Notes under the pieces: generated by a model | The model's input: only the letters and a program-made list of their open reading frames with translations | The model's database searches: none | What the model was told of the DNA's origin: nothing | NCBI GenBank assembly: GCA_965657355.1 | Contig: CBFHOE010000003.1 | Location: 341,520 to 405,519 of the forward strand | Reading direction: 5' to 3' | Source of the DNA: Limisphaerales bacterium | GTDB taxonomy: Bacteria; Verrucomicrobiota; Verrucomicrobiia; Limisphaerales; JAJOIW01 | Length of the DNA: 64,000 bases | Shown here: positions 55,854-64,000 of the stretch, one piece after another | Layout: each line of letters opens with the position of its first letter | How positions within the stretch are numbered: position 1 is the stretch's first letter | Position numbers and translations under genes: made by a program

Positions 55854-57134
55854 TTATTGGGACGCGGCCAAAGCACTATCGATATCGCCGAGTATATCGG
55901 CAACATTTTCAATGCCTACAGAAAGTCTTACCAGACCAGGTGTAATACCACCTGCTGCTTGTTGCTCTTCTGAAAGCTGGCTATGAGTTGTCGTCGCTGG
56001 ATGTATCGCCAAGCTCTTGGCATCTCCTACGTTGGCAAGGTGAGAGAATAGTTTCACGTTTTCGATGAATTTGCGTCCGGCGTCAGCACCACCTTTGATA
56101 CCGAAAACAACCATCGCTCCACCCTTTCCTTGTAAGTATTTTTTATTGAGCTCAAAGTTTTTGTCCGATTCAAGTCCTGGGTAACGAACCCATTCAACGC
56201 TTGGGTGGTTTTCTAAATGCTTTGCAACTGCCAGAGAGTTTTCACAGTGGCGATCCATTCTCAAAGGAAGAGTTTCAATACCCTGAAGGAAATTCCAGGC
56301 ATTATCAGGGGAAATGCAAGCTCCCAAGTTTCTTAGAGGTATGACGCGCATGCGGATAGCATAGGCTACCGGGGCCAGCATATCTGGCAAATCATAGGCC
56401 CATCGGGCTCCATTATAGCTGGAGTCTGGCTCTGTCATTAGCGGGAACTTTTCTGACTGCCAATTAAACTTGCCTGAATCGACGACTATACCACCTATAC
56501 CACTTCCATGACCCCCGAGCCATTTGGTCAGGGAGTGGATGACAATGTCTGCTCCATGTTCGATAGGGCTTGTAAGATATGGGGTCGAAAACGTACTATC
56601 AACGATAAGGGGTAGACCATTGTCGTGCGCTACCTTCGATATGGACTCAAGATCGGCCACGTCCAATCCTGGGTTGCTGACTGTTTCGCAAAATAAGGCC
56701 TTTGTTTTTGGGGTAATCGCTTTGGCAAAATTCTCGGGGTCATTCGGGTCTACAAAATGTACCTTAATTCCTAACTTGGGCAGGATATCATTGAATTGCG
56801 TAAAAGTTCCACCGTAAAGGTTATTGGCAGACACGATTTCATCGCCCGCTTGGCATATGTTAATAATAGAATAAAAGACGGCAGATGTGCCGGAGCTCAA
56901 CGCCAGCGCGGCAGCACCCCCCTCAAGTCCTGCAACCCGTTGTTCCAGGACATCTTGAGTGGGATTCATGATCCTGGAATAAATATTACCTAGCTCTGTC
57001 AGAGCAAATAAATTCGCTGCATGTTCGGTGTCTTTAAAAGTAAATGAGCTGGTCCTGTAAACTGGCACTGCTCGAGAATGAGTCACTGCATCTGGTTCAT
57101 GACCGCCGTGTAAACAAATGGTTTCAAATTTCAT
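55854..57134 (-). CDS. metY: O-acetylhomoserine aminocarboxypropyltransferase (sulfhydrylase)
   Basis: MKFETICLHGG, GNIYSRIMNPT, PLP lysine HSLTKWLGGHG, and HLANVGDAKSLAIHPATTTHSQL. Confidence 0.95.
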   Translation of the reverse strand: MKFETICLHGGHEPDAVTHSRAVPVYRTSSFTFKDTEHAANLFALTELGNIYSRIMNPTQDVLEQRVAGLEGGAAALALSSGTSAVFYSIINICQAGDEIVSANNLYGGTFTQFNDILPKLGIKVHFVDPNDPENFAKAITPKTKALFCETVSNPGLDVADLESISKVAHDNGLPLIVDSTFSTPYLTSPIEHGADIVIHSLTKWLGGHGSGIGGIVVDSGKFNWQSEKFPLMTEPDSSYNGARWAYDLPDMLAPVAYAIRMRVIPLRNLGACISPDNAWNFLQGIETLPLRMDRHCENSLAVAKHLENHPSVEWVRYPGLESDKNFELNKKYLQGKGGAMVVFGIKGGADAGRKFIENVKLFSHLANVGDAKSLAIHPATTTHSQLSEEQQAAGGITPGLVRLSVGIENVADILGDIDSALAASQ

Positions 57135-57247
57135 GGTATACTTCCCAAAATTATATTTTTCTTAGATATATGCCAAGCGTTAGAATTAGTTTTATTGCCT
57201 TGTTAACCTATTTTTCTCCTCTTAATTGGCTCAAATTACTATTCGAA

Positions 57248-58060
57248 CTACCTCATGTTAAGACATGCTGTTACTGGCGTCTTTTTGATATTTAAGCCAA
57301 TTTTTGTGGCGCAGGATTGGTCCTTTATGGATACCTCCCAATAGCCGCTTGAACCAGAAATGAATGTCGGGGTATTAGCAGGCATGCTAGCATAATTTAA
57401 AGAAGTGTCGCCAATGGGGATGGCTTTCTCCAAGCCATCAATCCATAAAATTGTCCCCGGATTGACTTTTCTCTCCAAATCAGTCGCTGATGGGATATTG
57501 GTAATAAGGTTCCCAAAATGATCAATGTAGAGAATCTCGAATGTAATGGAATCACTTTTTACTGACAGCCTTGATTCGGAAAGGGTGATGATATTGCTCG
57601 TCGATCGGCCCGCAGATATCGGAGTGGATCCACTAGCAATCTTTGCCGCTGAAAAAGCAAAAACATCTCTGCCATGGAATGTTTGAGATACTTCCGTATT
57701 CATCCATTCATAGTTCTCGATTATGTAAATATTTTTTGGTGGAAATATTTTTAAAACGTCCGTAAAGACGCCATTATCAGGTCCAATAAAAATTGGCCCC
57801 TCTGTCTCGATTATGAGTGGAGCTCTCTCACTGCCAACCCCTGGATCTACTACAGCAGTATGAATGGAATTCATAGGGAAATACGGGCAGGCATTTCTGA
57901 GTGTGAAAGCTGCCTCTTTGATATTACCTTGCTGGATTTCGTGGTTTATGTCTACGAATTGGACGTCTAGATTTTTAGTCTTGCTCAGTATGACCCCTTT
58001 CATCGTTCCTACATACCAATTTTTAGTACCGAAATCTGTGGTCAAAGTGATAGTTCTCAT
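57248..58060 (-). CDS. SAM hydroxide adenosyltransferase (DUF62, chlorinase/fluorinase family)
   Basis: ITLTTDFG, VVDPGVGSER, GPDNG, TFHGRDVFA and IDHFGNLITN. Confidence 0.93.
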   Translation of the reverse strand: MRTITLTTDFGTKNWYVGTMKGVILSKTKNLDVQFVDINHEIQQGNIKEAAFTLRNACPYFPMNSIHTAVVDPGVGSERAPLIIETEGPIFIGPDNGVFTDVLKIFPPKNIYIIENYEWMNTEVSQTFHGRDVFAFSAAKIASGSTPISAGRSTSNIITLSESRLSVKSDSITFEILYIDHFGNLITNIPSATDLERKVNPGTILWIDGLEKAIPIGDTSLNYASMPANTPTFISGSSGYWEVSIKDQSCATKIGLNIKKTPVTACLNMR

Positions 58061-58125
58061 TTTCTGATAATTATTATTGAATACCTTCCGCGTTTGGAGG
58101 ACAAAATAGAACTATCACATATTCT

Positions 58126-58821
58126 ATGGACAGCGATAAGAAGCTTATACTTGTTACGGGAGGAACGAGAGGGATAGGCAGGGCATTGATCAAGCACTTT
58201 ATAGCTCTTGGTCATTCAGTCGTGGGATGTGCCAGAACAGCTGGGCACATCAGAAGTTTGCGCCAGGAATTTGGCGATCCCAATGATTTTTATGCCGTCG
58301 ATGTATCTTCGAACGAAGAGGTGAAATCTTGGGCTAGTCTGGTGATAAATTCTCACGGTGTTCCCGACATTATCGTAAACAATGCTGCTGTGATAAATCT
58401 CTCCAACCCACTTTGGGAAGTGCCTTCTGAGGAATTTGACAAGGTGATAGACATCAACATAAAGGGAACAGCAAATATCATTCGGCATTTTGTTCCGAGC
58501 ATGGTTAAAAACAGAAACGGTAACATAGTTAATTTTAGCTCAGGGTGGGGGAGAAGTGCCGATGCAGAAGTTGCTCCGTATTGTGCGTCCAAATGGGCCA
58601 TTGAAGGGATGACACTTTCTCTTTCTATGGAATTACCCAGTCCAATGGCAGCGGTCGCATTAAGCCCCGGTTGTGTGAATACCGAGATGCTTCAAACCTG
58701 TTTTGGTGGCGATGCTTCCCATCACGTCTCTCCGGAGGTGTGGGCCAGAACCGGCGCCAAATTTATCCTAGATATTGATCATTCCATGAATGGGACCTCA
58801 CAGACTCATTCACCTCGATAA
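58126..58821 (+). CDS. Short-chain dehydrogenase/reductase
   Basis: TGGTRGIG, NNAA and SSGWG...YCASKWA. Confidence 0.93.
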   Translation: MDSDKKLILVTGGTRGIGRALIKHFIALGHSVVGCARTAGHIRSLRQEFGDPNDFYAVDVSSNEEVKSWASLVINSHGVPDIIVNNAAVINLSNPLWEVPSEEFDKVIDINIKGTANIIRHFVPSMVKNRNGNIVNFSSGWGRSADAEVAPYCASKWAIEGMTLSLSMELPSPMAAVALSPGCVNTEMLQTCFGGDASHHVSPEVWARTGAKFILDIDHSMNGTSQTHSPR

Positions 58822-59489
58822 TGCTCCTTAGTTCTCCTTCGAAACTCGCCTCAGGAAATCAGGATCGTCATAGGTTTGAACAAATTTCAGATGCCATATT
58901 CAGGTGGAATTTTTTTTCAAAGTACCACAAGGTGGATTTGACTTCGCATTGTATCATCACTCGAAACCAACTTTACCTTTTTGACCCGGTCAGTGCTTGC
59001 TCACTACCTTCTGGTTACTCTGGTGGAAGTATTATCCTAACTAATTCAAATCATGAAAGGGTATCCGGGGTAGCGGGTGTCACCTTTGACATGAAGGTGT
59101 ATGCCTCGCAAAAAGTGCAGTTTTCCTCCAGCTATTTTCCAGCTGAGCGCTTTGATAATAAGGATGAAAAGCCACCAGACCAATTTAGGGATTGGGAATT
59201 GATGCCGATCGAAGGGGGCGCCGATGGTGAGTTTGCATTTTTCAATCCCGACCTGAAGATTGCAATCTTTGGAGATAGTCTCATCAATCTACCGGGAAGA
59301 GGTTTGGAAATTCTCCCCGAAAAATACTGCTCCGATCGAAGACTTTTAGAAGAACAACTACGCCTTTGGTGGCAAAAATACATGAACAAAGTCCACTGGA
59401 TGCTCTTTGCTCATGGTTCTCCGTTGTTTTTTCCGCGCAGTGCGTTTGACATGCAATCTCTTGAGAACCATCTTTTTCATGGTAGATGA
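58821..59489 (+). CDS. Metallo-beta-lactamase-fold protein with a degenerate metal motif
   Basis: LFDP, ILTNSNHER, FGDSL and FAHG occur in MBL order. It overlaps the SDR stop by 1 bp. Confidence 0.6.
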   Translation: MLLSSPSKLASGNQDRHRFEQISDAIFRWNFFSKYHKVDLTSHCIITRNQLYLFDPVSACSLPSGYSGGSIILTNSNHERVSGVAGVTFDMKVYASQKVQFSSSYFPAERFDNKDEKPPDQFRDWELMPIEGGADGEFAFFNPDLKIAIFGDSLINLPGRGLEILPEKYCSDRRLLEEQLRLWWQKYMNKVHWMLFAHGSPLFFPRSAFDMQSLENHLFHGR

Positions 59490-59519
59490 TGCCATTTGTC
59501 ATAATATGACGCTTGTAAG

Positions 59520-60386
59520 ATGGATTCTTTAATTGAAAAGTTAGACCAATTGAAAACCGTGCTGAAGGGATACAAGAGATGCCTTATTGCTTATTCCGGT
59601 GGTGTCGATTCGGTTTTTCTTTCCTACGTAGCCCATCAAGTATTGGGTGATCAAAGTCTAGCCGTTATTGCCGACTCCCCATCCCTAGCTAGGGAGGAGC
59701 TCAAAGAGGCATTAGAGATTTCCGAACAATTCAAATTTCCAGTAAGAGTCATCCAAACCGAGGAATTCGAAAATGAATCTTATCTCAAGAATGCGCCAAA
59801 TCGTTGTTATTTCTGTAAAAGTGCTCTTTTTGAAAAATTAAAATCCATTGTTGATGCAGAAAATTATGATGTGATTGCCTACGGTGAAAATTTAGATGAC
59901 GTTGGCGATATCCGGCCTGGAGCAGTGGCAGCCGAAAAATATTCAATCCAAGCACCACTGAAACAATGTCAGTTTTCGAAAGCCGATGTGAGAGAAGCCT
60001 CGCGCCAGATGGGCCTTCCCACAGCAGAAAAGCCTCAAATGGCTTGCCTTAGTTCCAGAATCCCTCACGGGGACCCCGTGACTGAAAAGAAGTTGAAAAT
60101 GGTCGAACAATCTGAGTTGTTTCTCAAGAAACTCGGGTTTTATGGACCTAGAGTCCGGTGTCATGAGCTTTCTTTTGGTTTTTTAGCTCGCATCGAAATT
60201 CAGCCTGGTGACTGGAAGCTAATTTCCAATTTTGATCTCGCTTCCGAAATAGATTCTACCTTCAAAGGGTTTGGTTTTTGCTATTCTACTTTTGATCTTG
60301 GCGGTTATAAAAGAGGTGGCAGATCTACCCAGGAGAATATTTCAGGACGTTTGAAAGACAAAAATCTGGCCTCCAAATCGACCTGA
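59520..60386 (+). CDS. larE: ATP-dependent sulfur transferase LarE
   Basis: PP-loop AYSGGVDS, NRCYFCK, RPG, ACLSSRIPHG and ARIE. Confidence 0.9.
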   Translation: MDSLIEKLDQLKTVLKGYKRCLIAYSGGVDSVFLSYVAHQVLGDQSLAVIADSPSLAREELKEALEISEQFKFPVRVIQTEEFENESYLKNAPNRCYFCKSALFEKLKSIVDAENYDVIAYGENLDDVGDIRPGAVAAEKYSIQAPLKQCQFSKADVREASRQMGLPTAEKPQMACLSSRIPHGDPVTEKKLKMVEQSELFLKKLGFYGPRVRCHELSFGFLARIEIQPGDWKLISNFDLASEIDSTFKGFGFCYSTFDLGGYKRGGRSTQENISGRLKDKNLASKST

Positions 60387-60402
60387 ACCGCCAAAATACT
60401 TT

Positions 60403-60429
60403 GGAAACATTTCATTTTCCCGAACGTAT
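60403..60429 (+). promoter_or_regulatory. Putative ECF-sigma promoter of the T2SS operon
   Basis: GGAAAC-N16-CGTAT, 25 bp before the gspF ATG (compare the ECF consensus TGAAAC-N16-CGTA). Confidence 0.6.
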
Positions 60430-60454
60430 ATAAAGAACGAAGAGCACATTTCCA

Positions 60455-61792
60455 ATGCCTGAATTTGCATACAAAGCACGAAAAAAAAGTGGAGACCTTG
60501 TTGAAGGTGTCGTCACTGGTGCGGATCGTACCCAAGCACTCACCCAGATTGGTAAATTAGGACTATACCCGGTGCGCGTCGATGCCGCTGGAGGTGAAAA
60601 AAAGAAATCATCGCGAGAAAAGCCGACAAGAAAAAATTCCAAAGCACCTGCTGGCTTGGGTTATAAAGTTGCTGAGAAGAAGAAAAAGGTGACGAGTCAC
60701 GACGCGAGGCAAGCTTCATCCATAAAATCATCTTCCAAGAATCTTAATTTCAGAAAGCCAAAACTGACTGAGGTCGCTAATTTCACCCGGCAGTTTGCAA
60801 ACCTTTTACAGTCTGGAATGCCGTTAACTTCTGCCCTCAACAGCATGAGTTATATCGGGACAAAAGGTATCCCAGGGTCGATGTGCCAAGAAATCCGTCA
60901 GCAAGTCACAGAGGGGTCCAATTTGTCGGATGCCATGGCGAGAAAAGGTAAAGTCTTTTCGGATTTATACATCAATATGGTCCGTGCCGGCGAAGAATCT
61001 GGAGCCTTAACTCAGGTTTTAAAAAGACTCGCAGACCATTACGAGCGCTTCTCAGAGGTCCAACAAAAATTCAAATCGGCAATGATCTACCCAAGTGTGG
61101 TGGTTTCGGTTGGGGTTCTTCTTGTTTTATGCTTCATGAAGTTCATGCTTCCCAAATTTCTCACCGTATTCGAAGGGGTGAATGTCGAATTGCCAACCTC
61201 AACGAAGATGCTTATCGTTATCAGTGAATTTGTAAATATTTACTGGTGGGCAATTTTAGGTGGGATTTTCCTATTTATTATCGCGTTCATCCGCTTCAAA
61301 ACGACCCCGGCAGGTGCTAAACAGATTGACGAATGGTCCATGAAAATGCCTCTTTTCGGAAAGGTTGTCAGACTTAATCTTTTTGGGCAATTTGCAAGAA
61401 CGCTCTCTACTCTCCTCGTCAATGGAGTGCCGGTACTGGTTGCTCTGAAAATCACAGAGAAAACCATCCCCAATCAGATTATACGTGAGGCCATTGGTAA
61501 AACTCGCGATGATGTCACTGACGGAAAAACGCTCGCTGAACCTTTGGCTAGGAGTCGTATTTTTCCTCAGCTTATGATCGATTTACTTCGAATCGGAGAG
61601 GAGACAGGAGACGTCCCTGGAGCCCTTGAAAATGTCGCAAATACATATGAATCAGAGCTTTCCAATCAGCTAAAGGTCCTGACCAACCTCATTGAGCCAA
61701 TAATGATTATCGTAATTGCTGTGCTAGTGGCAGGCCTCATGTTTAGCGTCCTCTCTGCCATGATGGCGATCACAAGAAGTGTTGCTTCCTAG
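60455..61792 (+). CDS. gspF: Type II secretion system protein F
   Basis: FTRQFANLLQSG, AGEESGAL, IGEETGDV and LIEP, followed by pseudopilin genes. Confidence 0.9.
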   Translation: MPEFAYKARKKSGDLVEGVVTGADRTQALTQIGKLGLYPVRVDAAGGEKKKSSREKPTRKNSKAPAGLGYKVAEKKKKVTSHDARQASSIKSSSKNLNFRKPKLTEVANFTRQFANLLQSGMPLTSALNSMSYIGTKGIPGSMCQEIRQQVTEGSNLSDAMARKGKVFSDLYINMVRAGEESGALTQVLKRLADHYERFSEVQQKFKSAMIYPSVVVSVGVLLVLCFMKFMLPKFLTVFEGVNVELPTSTKMLIVISEFVNIYWWAILGGIFLFIIAFIRFKTTPAGAKQIDEWSMKMPLFGKVVRLNLFGQFARTLSTLLVNGVPVLVALKITEKTIPNQIIREAIGKTRDDVTDGKTLAEPLARSRIFPQLMIDLLRIGEETGDVPGALENVANTYESELSNQLKVLTNLIEPIMIIVIAVLVAGLMFSVLSAMMAITRSVAS

Positions 61793-61798
61793 CTAAAA

Positions 61799-62419
61799 AT
61801 GATGAAAAAGCCGATGCGACTCAATAATTCTCAGTCAAACCGTGGATTTACCATGGTAGAGGTTATGGTGGTATTGGGGATTGCAGCGATGTTAGTTACC
61901 ATGGCTATTCCATTTGTCGGTGGGCTTTTCAATGAAAATCCCATAAGGGATACGACAAAAGAAGTCATGAGCCTGCTGGAACAGGCACGCGCACAATCCA
62001 TCCTCACTGGAAAACCCTATGAATTTGTTATTTCTCGGCAGGATTACAAAATTATTGTCAGGCCGGCACCCGAGCAAAAACCAAACCCTCTCGATCCAAA
62101 TGCCATCGCATCTTTTGATGATGCCTCCATTTCGATAGATGGGGTTTCTGATACAGACTCAACATCAAAAAAAGCAGGCAAAACATTGGAAGGGGATATT
62201 CACCCCGAAATAACCATTGAATTAATCGACGTTAATTATGTTGATATGTCCGAATTTGAACAGGCTATTGTCAATTTTCGCCCTAATGGCACGTCAGATA
62301 AATTTACTTTCGTATTCCAGAGAGGTCCTGGTGAATACAGACTCATCAGACTCGATATGATGACTGCTTTAGCGAATTTCGAGACGGATCCTCAAAAGTT
62401 TCTCGATACACAGTACTGA
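61799..62419 (+). CDS. Minor pseudopilin, GspH/FimT-like
   Basis: RG|FTMVEVMVVL, ARAQSILTG and FRPNGTS. Confidence 0.8.
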   Translation: MMKKPMRLNNSQSNRGFTMVEVMVVLGIAAMLVTMAIPFVGGLFNENPIRDTTKEVMSLLEQARAQSILTGKPYEFVISRQDYKIIVRPAPEQKPNPLDPNAIASFDDASISIDGVSDTDSTSKKAGKTLEGDIHPEITIELIDVNYVDMSEFEQAIVNFRPNGTSDKFTFVFQRGPGEYRLIRLDMMTALANFETDPQKFLDTQY

Positions 62420-62437
62420 AAATGGAGGTCGGCAAAA

Positions 62438-62947
62438 ATGAGAGTTTTATATCTAAAATATAGAAAAGATCGAACGAGCGATGCTTTTTCCTTGCTGGAG
62501 GTGGCCATCGCTATGGGGATTTTTTTTATGGCTATATTCGTCATATTGGAGTTGACCAACAATAGCCTGCGATCTGCCTATCTATTGAAGAATAATGCTC
62601 CCGACCCCAGGTCACTGCTCGGTGATTTGATGGTTACCAATTCCCTTGAAGAAATTTCGGAAAGCGGGGATTTCGGTGATTTGTATCCAGATTACCGGTG
62701 GGAACGCCTCATTACTCGAGCTATTGAAAGCGAAGAAGTCGATGGATTATTCCAGGTCGACGTCCGAGTTTATCTTCCAGAAACAGAATGGAGCTCCGAA
62801 TTAACCATGCTCCTTTTTAAGCCTCCCGGGGGAAGCGGGTATAACAGCACGCTAAGACCAAGATCTATTAGAAATTCCTCGCAAAGAACACGGTTAAACT
62901 CCAGCACCCCCAATCGGTCTAGGACTTCTCGATCCATGTTAAGGTGA
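62438..62947 (+). CDS. Minor pseudopilin, GspI-like
   Basis: A|FSLLEVAIAM, ESGDF...YRW and LFQVDVRV. Confidence 0.75.
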   Translation: MRVLYLKYRKDRTSDAFSLLEVAIAMGIFFMAIFVILELTNNSLRSAYLLKNNAPDPRSLLGDLMVTNSLEEISESGDFGDLYPDYRWERLITRAIESEEVDGLFQVDVRVYLPETEWSSELTMLLFKPPGGSGYNSTLRPRSIRNSSQRTRLNSSTPNRSRTSRSMLR

Positions 62948-62954
62948 AGACCAC

Positions 62955-63827
62955 TTGAAAAACGCACAACTGTTCCACATGCAATTTAGATTTGGTAAGT
63001 ATTCTCATTTCAGAAAGCGGGTCGCTTTTACCCTACTCGAAATTATGGTCGCCATGGCAATTTTTAGTATGGTTTCGGTCGGGATTTACGCATCGTGGAA
63101 CGCCATTATCAATTCATCGAGAATAGGCCTGAAAGCCGCCGCCGAAGCCCAAAGGAAACGAAATGCGATTGAGACGATCCAGTCGGCGCTTTTCGGCACT
63201 CAAATGTACACTGCCAATCTCCGGCATCATTATTTTCTCGCGGATACAACCATTCCAGAAGCTTCACTTTTGAGCTTTGTCTCACAATTGCCCGAATCTT
63301 TTCCTGGTGCAGGATTTTACCCCAATGACCCCATCAGACGTGTGACCTTTACTCTCGATACGGATAAAGATGGCAATCAGAACCTCGTCATGTATCAAAC
63401 GCCTGTCTTAGCTTCAGTGGAGGAAATGAGTGAGCCAATCCCGATCAAGCTCGCGAAAAACGTCTCTCTCTTTTCGGTCGAGTTCTTTGATAACGACGTC
63501 GGTGAATGGCTGGTGGAATGGGAAAGTACAAATTCCATCCCGAGACAGGTTAGATTCGCTCTAGAATTTGAAAATCGGGATAAAGAAAATAATGTGTCCG
63601 GCGACCCTGATTTGGAGACCCGAGTCGTCACGATTCCCAGCTCTGCTATTCCCATTCAAATCCAACGCCCCGGGTCCGGGCTTAGGTCAAGCGGGATTAG
63701 GAGAGATGCGGAGGGGAATATTCTCAATGGAAATTCCGGTCGCAAGGGGCGTGGTAAATTGCCTCAAGACACCCCATCTGCCATTGGTCGCGCGGAAAGC
63801 ATTAGAAACATAAAAGGCGGAAAGTAG
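62955..63827 (+). CDS. Minor pseudopilin, GspJ-like
   Basis: A|FTLLEIMVAMAIF and LAKNV...F...W..EW...IPRQVR. Confidence 0.8.
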   Translation: MKNAQLFHMQFRFGKYSHFRKRVAFTLLEIMVAMAIFSMVSVGIYASWNAIINSSRIGLKAAAEAQRKRNAIETIQSALFGTQMYTANLRHHYFLADTTIPEASLLSFVSQLPESFPGAGFYPNDPIRRVTFTLDTDKDGNQNLVMYQTPVLASVEEMSEPIPIKLAKNVSLFSVEFFDNDVGEWLVEWESTNSIPRQVRFALEFENRDKENNVSGDPDLETRVVTIPSSAIPIQIQRPGSGLRSSGIRRDAEGNILNGNSGRKGRGKLPQDTPSAIGRAESIRNIKGGK

Positions 63828-63832
63828 TCTCT

Positions 63833-64000
63833 ATGAAAACTCCCTCAAAATGGAGCTCAAACCTCCCTACAAAAGCCTCTCGTGATGGATTTGCACTCAT
63901 CATAGTTATGGTGACCATAGCCATTCTTGGTGGAATAGCTGTCCACTTTGCTACAAACATGCAGGTAGAGCTAAAATTGGCGCAAAATTCGAATTACGAT
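63833..64000 (+). CDS. Minor pseudopilin, GspK-like (partial, runs off the window)
   Basis: Translated by hand: MKTPSKWSSNLPTKASRDG|FALIIVMVTIAILGGIAVHFATNMQVELKLAQN. It lacks Glu5, as GspK does. Confidence 0.8.
   Translation, partial: MKTPSKWSSNLPTKASRDGFALIIVMVTIAILGGIAVHFATNMQVELKLAQNSNYD

Noticed and set aside
57135..57247. SAM riboswitch upstream of metY
   Set aside because: The gap is short and AT-rich. An ATTTGAGC word is present, but I could not build the SAM-I, SAM-II or SAM-V pairings.
1..64000. CRISPR arrays, rRNA, IS elements, prophage, reverse transcriptase or defence systems
   Set aside because: I saw no regularly spaced repeats, transposase, phage structural, RT or nuclease motifs.

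Overview
This is a gene-dense bacterial window with about 45 CDS and one tRNA. I found no rRNA, CRISPR array or intact mobile element. The gene content suggests a free-living, probably aquatic Verrucomicrobiota/PVC genome; this is an inference from two PVC-type heme-binding CxxCH proteins, an H-X9-DG prepilin-like protein, sulfatases, DUF1080 and large acidic secreted proteins. In order, the window holds: (1) 1-15.6 kb, sugar catabolism: a Tat FAD oxidoreductase, a Gfo/Idh/MocA + PIG-L deacetylase + NagB-like operon, two sulfatases, GH32, DUF1080 and a multi-domain heme protein; (2) a 2-oxoacid oxidoreductase alpha/beta pair; (3) a 1271-aa vWA protein; (4) 25.7-35.5 kb, a PAS kinase and sigma54 activator followed by a GT-C-like glycosyltransferase, an outer-membrane beta-barrel, Wzc, a short OPX and an FHA-like protein; (5) eukaryote-type HisA, an MscK-like channel, tyrS, pilC and ffh; (6) tRNA-Tyr with a decayed integrase and a trypsin-like protease; (7) a duplicated-LamG protein, metY, a SAM hydrolase and larE; (8) the start of a T2SS operon lacking gspG. 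The best novelty candidates are a recurrent 'S-x-[DN]-L-x(2-5)-W...FY' module in three unrelated secreted proteins, a beta-barrel/short-OPX polysaccharide export locus, His-less TIGR03769-like repeats inserted into a vWA fold, and alternative-sigma promoter motifs in front of the two GspF/PilC genes. All family assignments come from motif recognition by eye, not from database searches.
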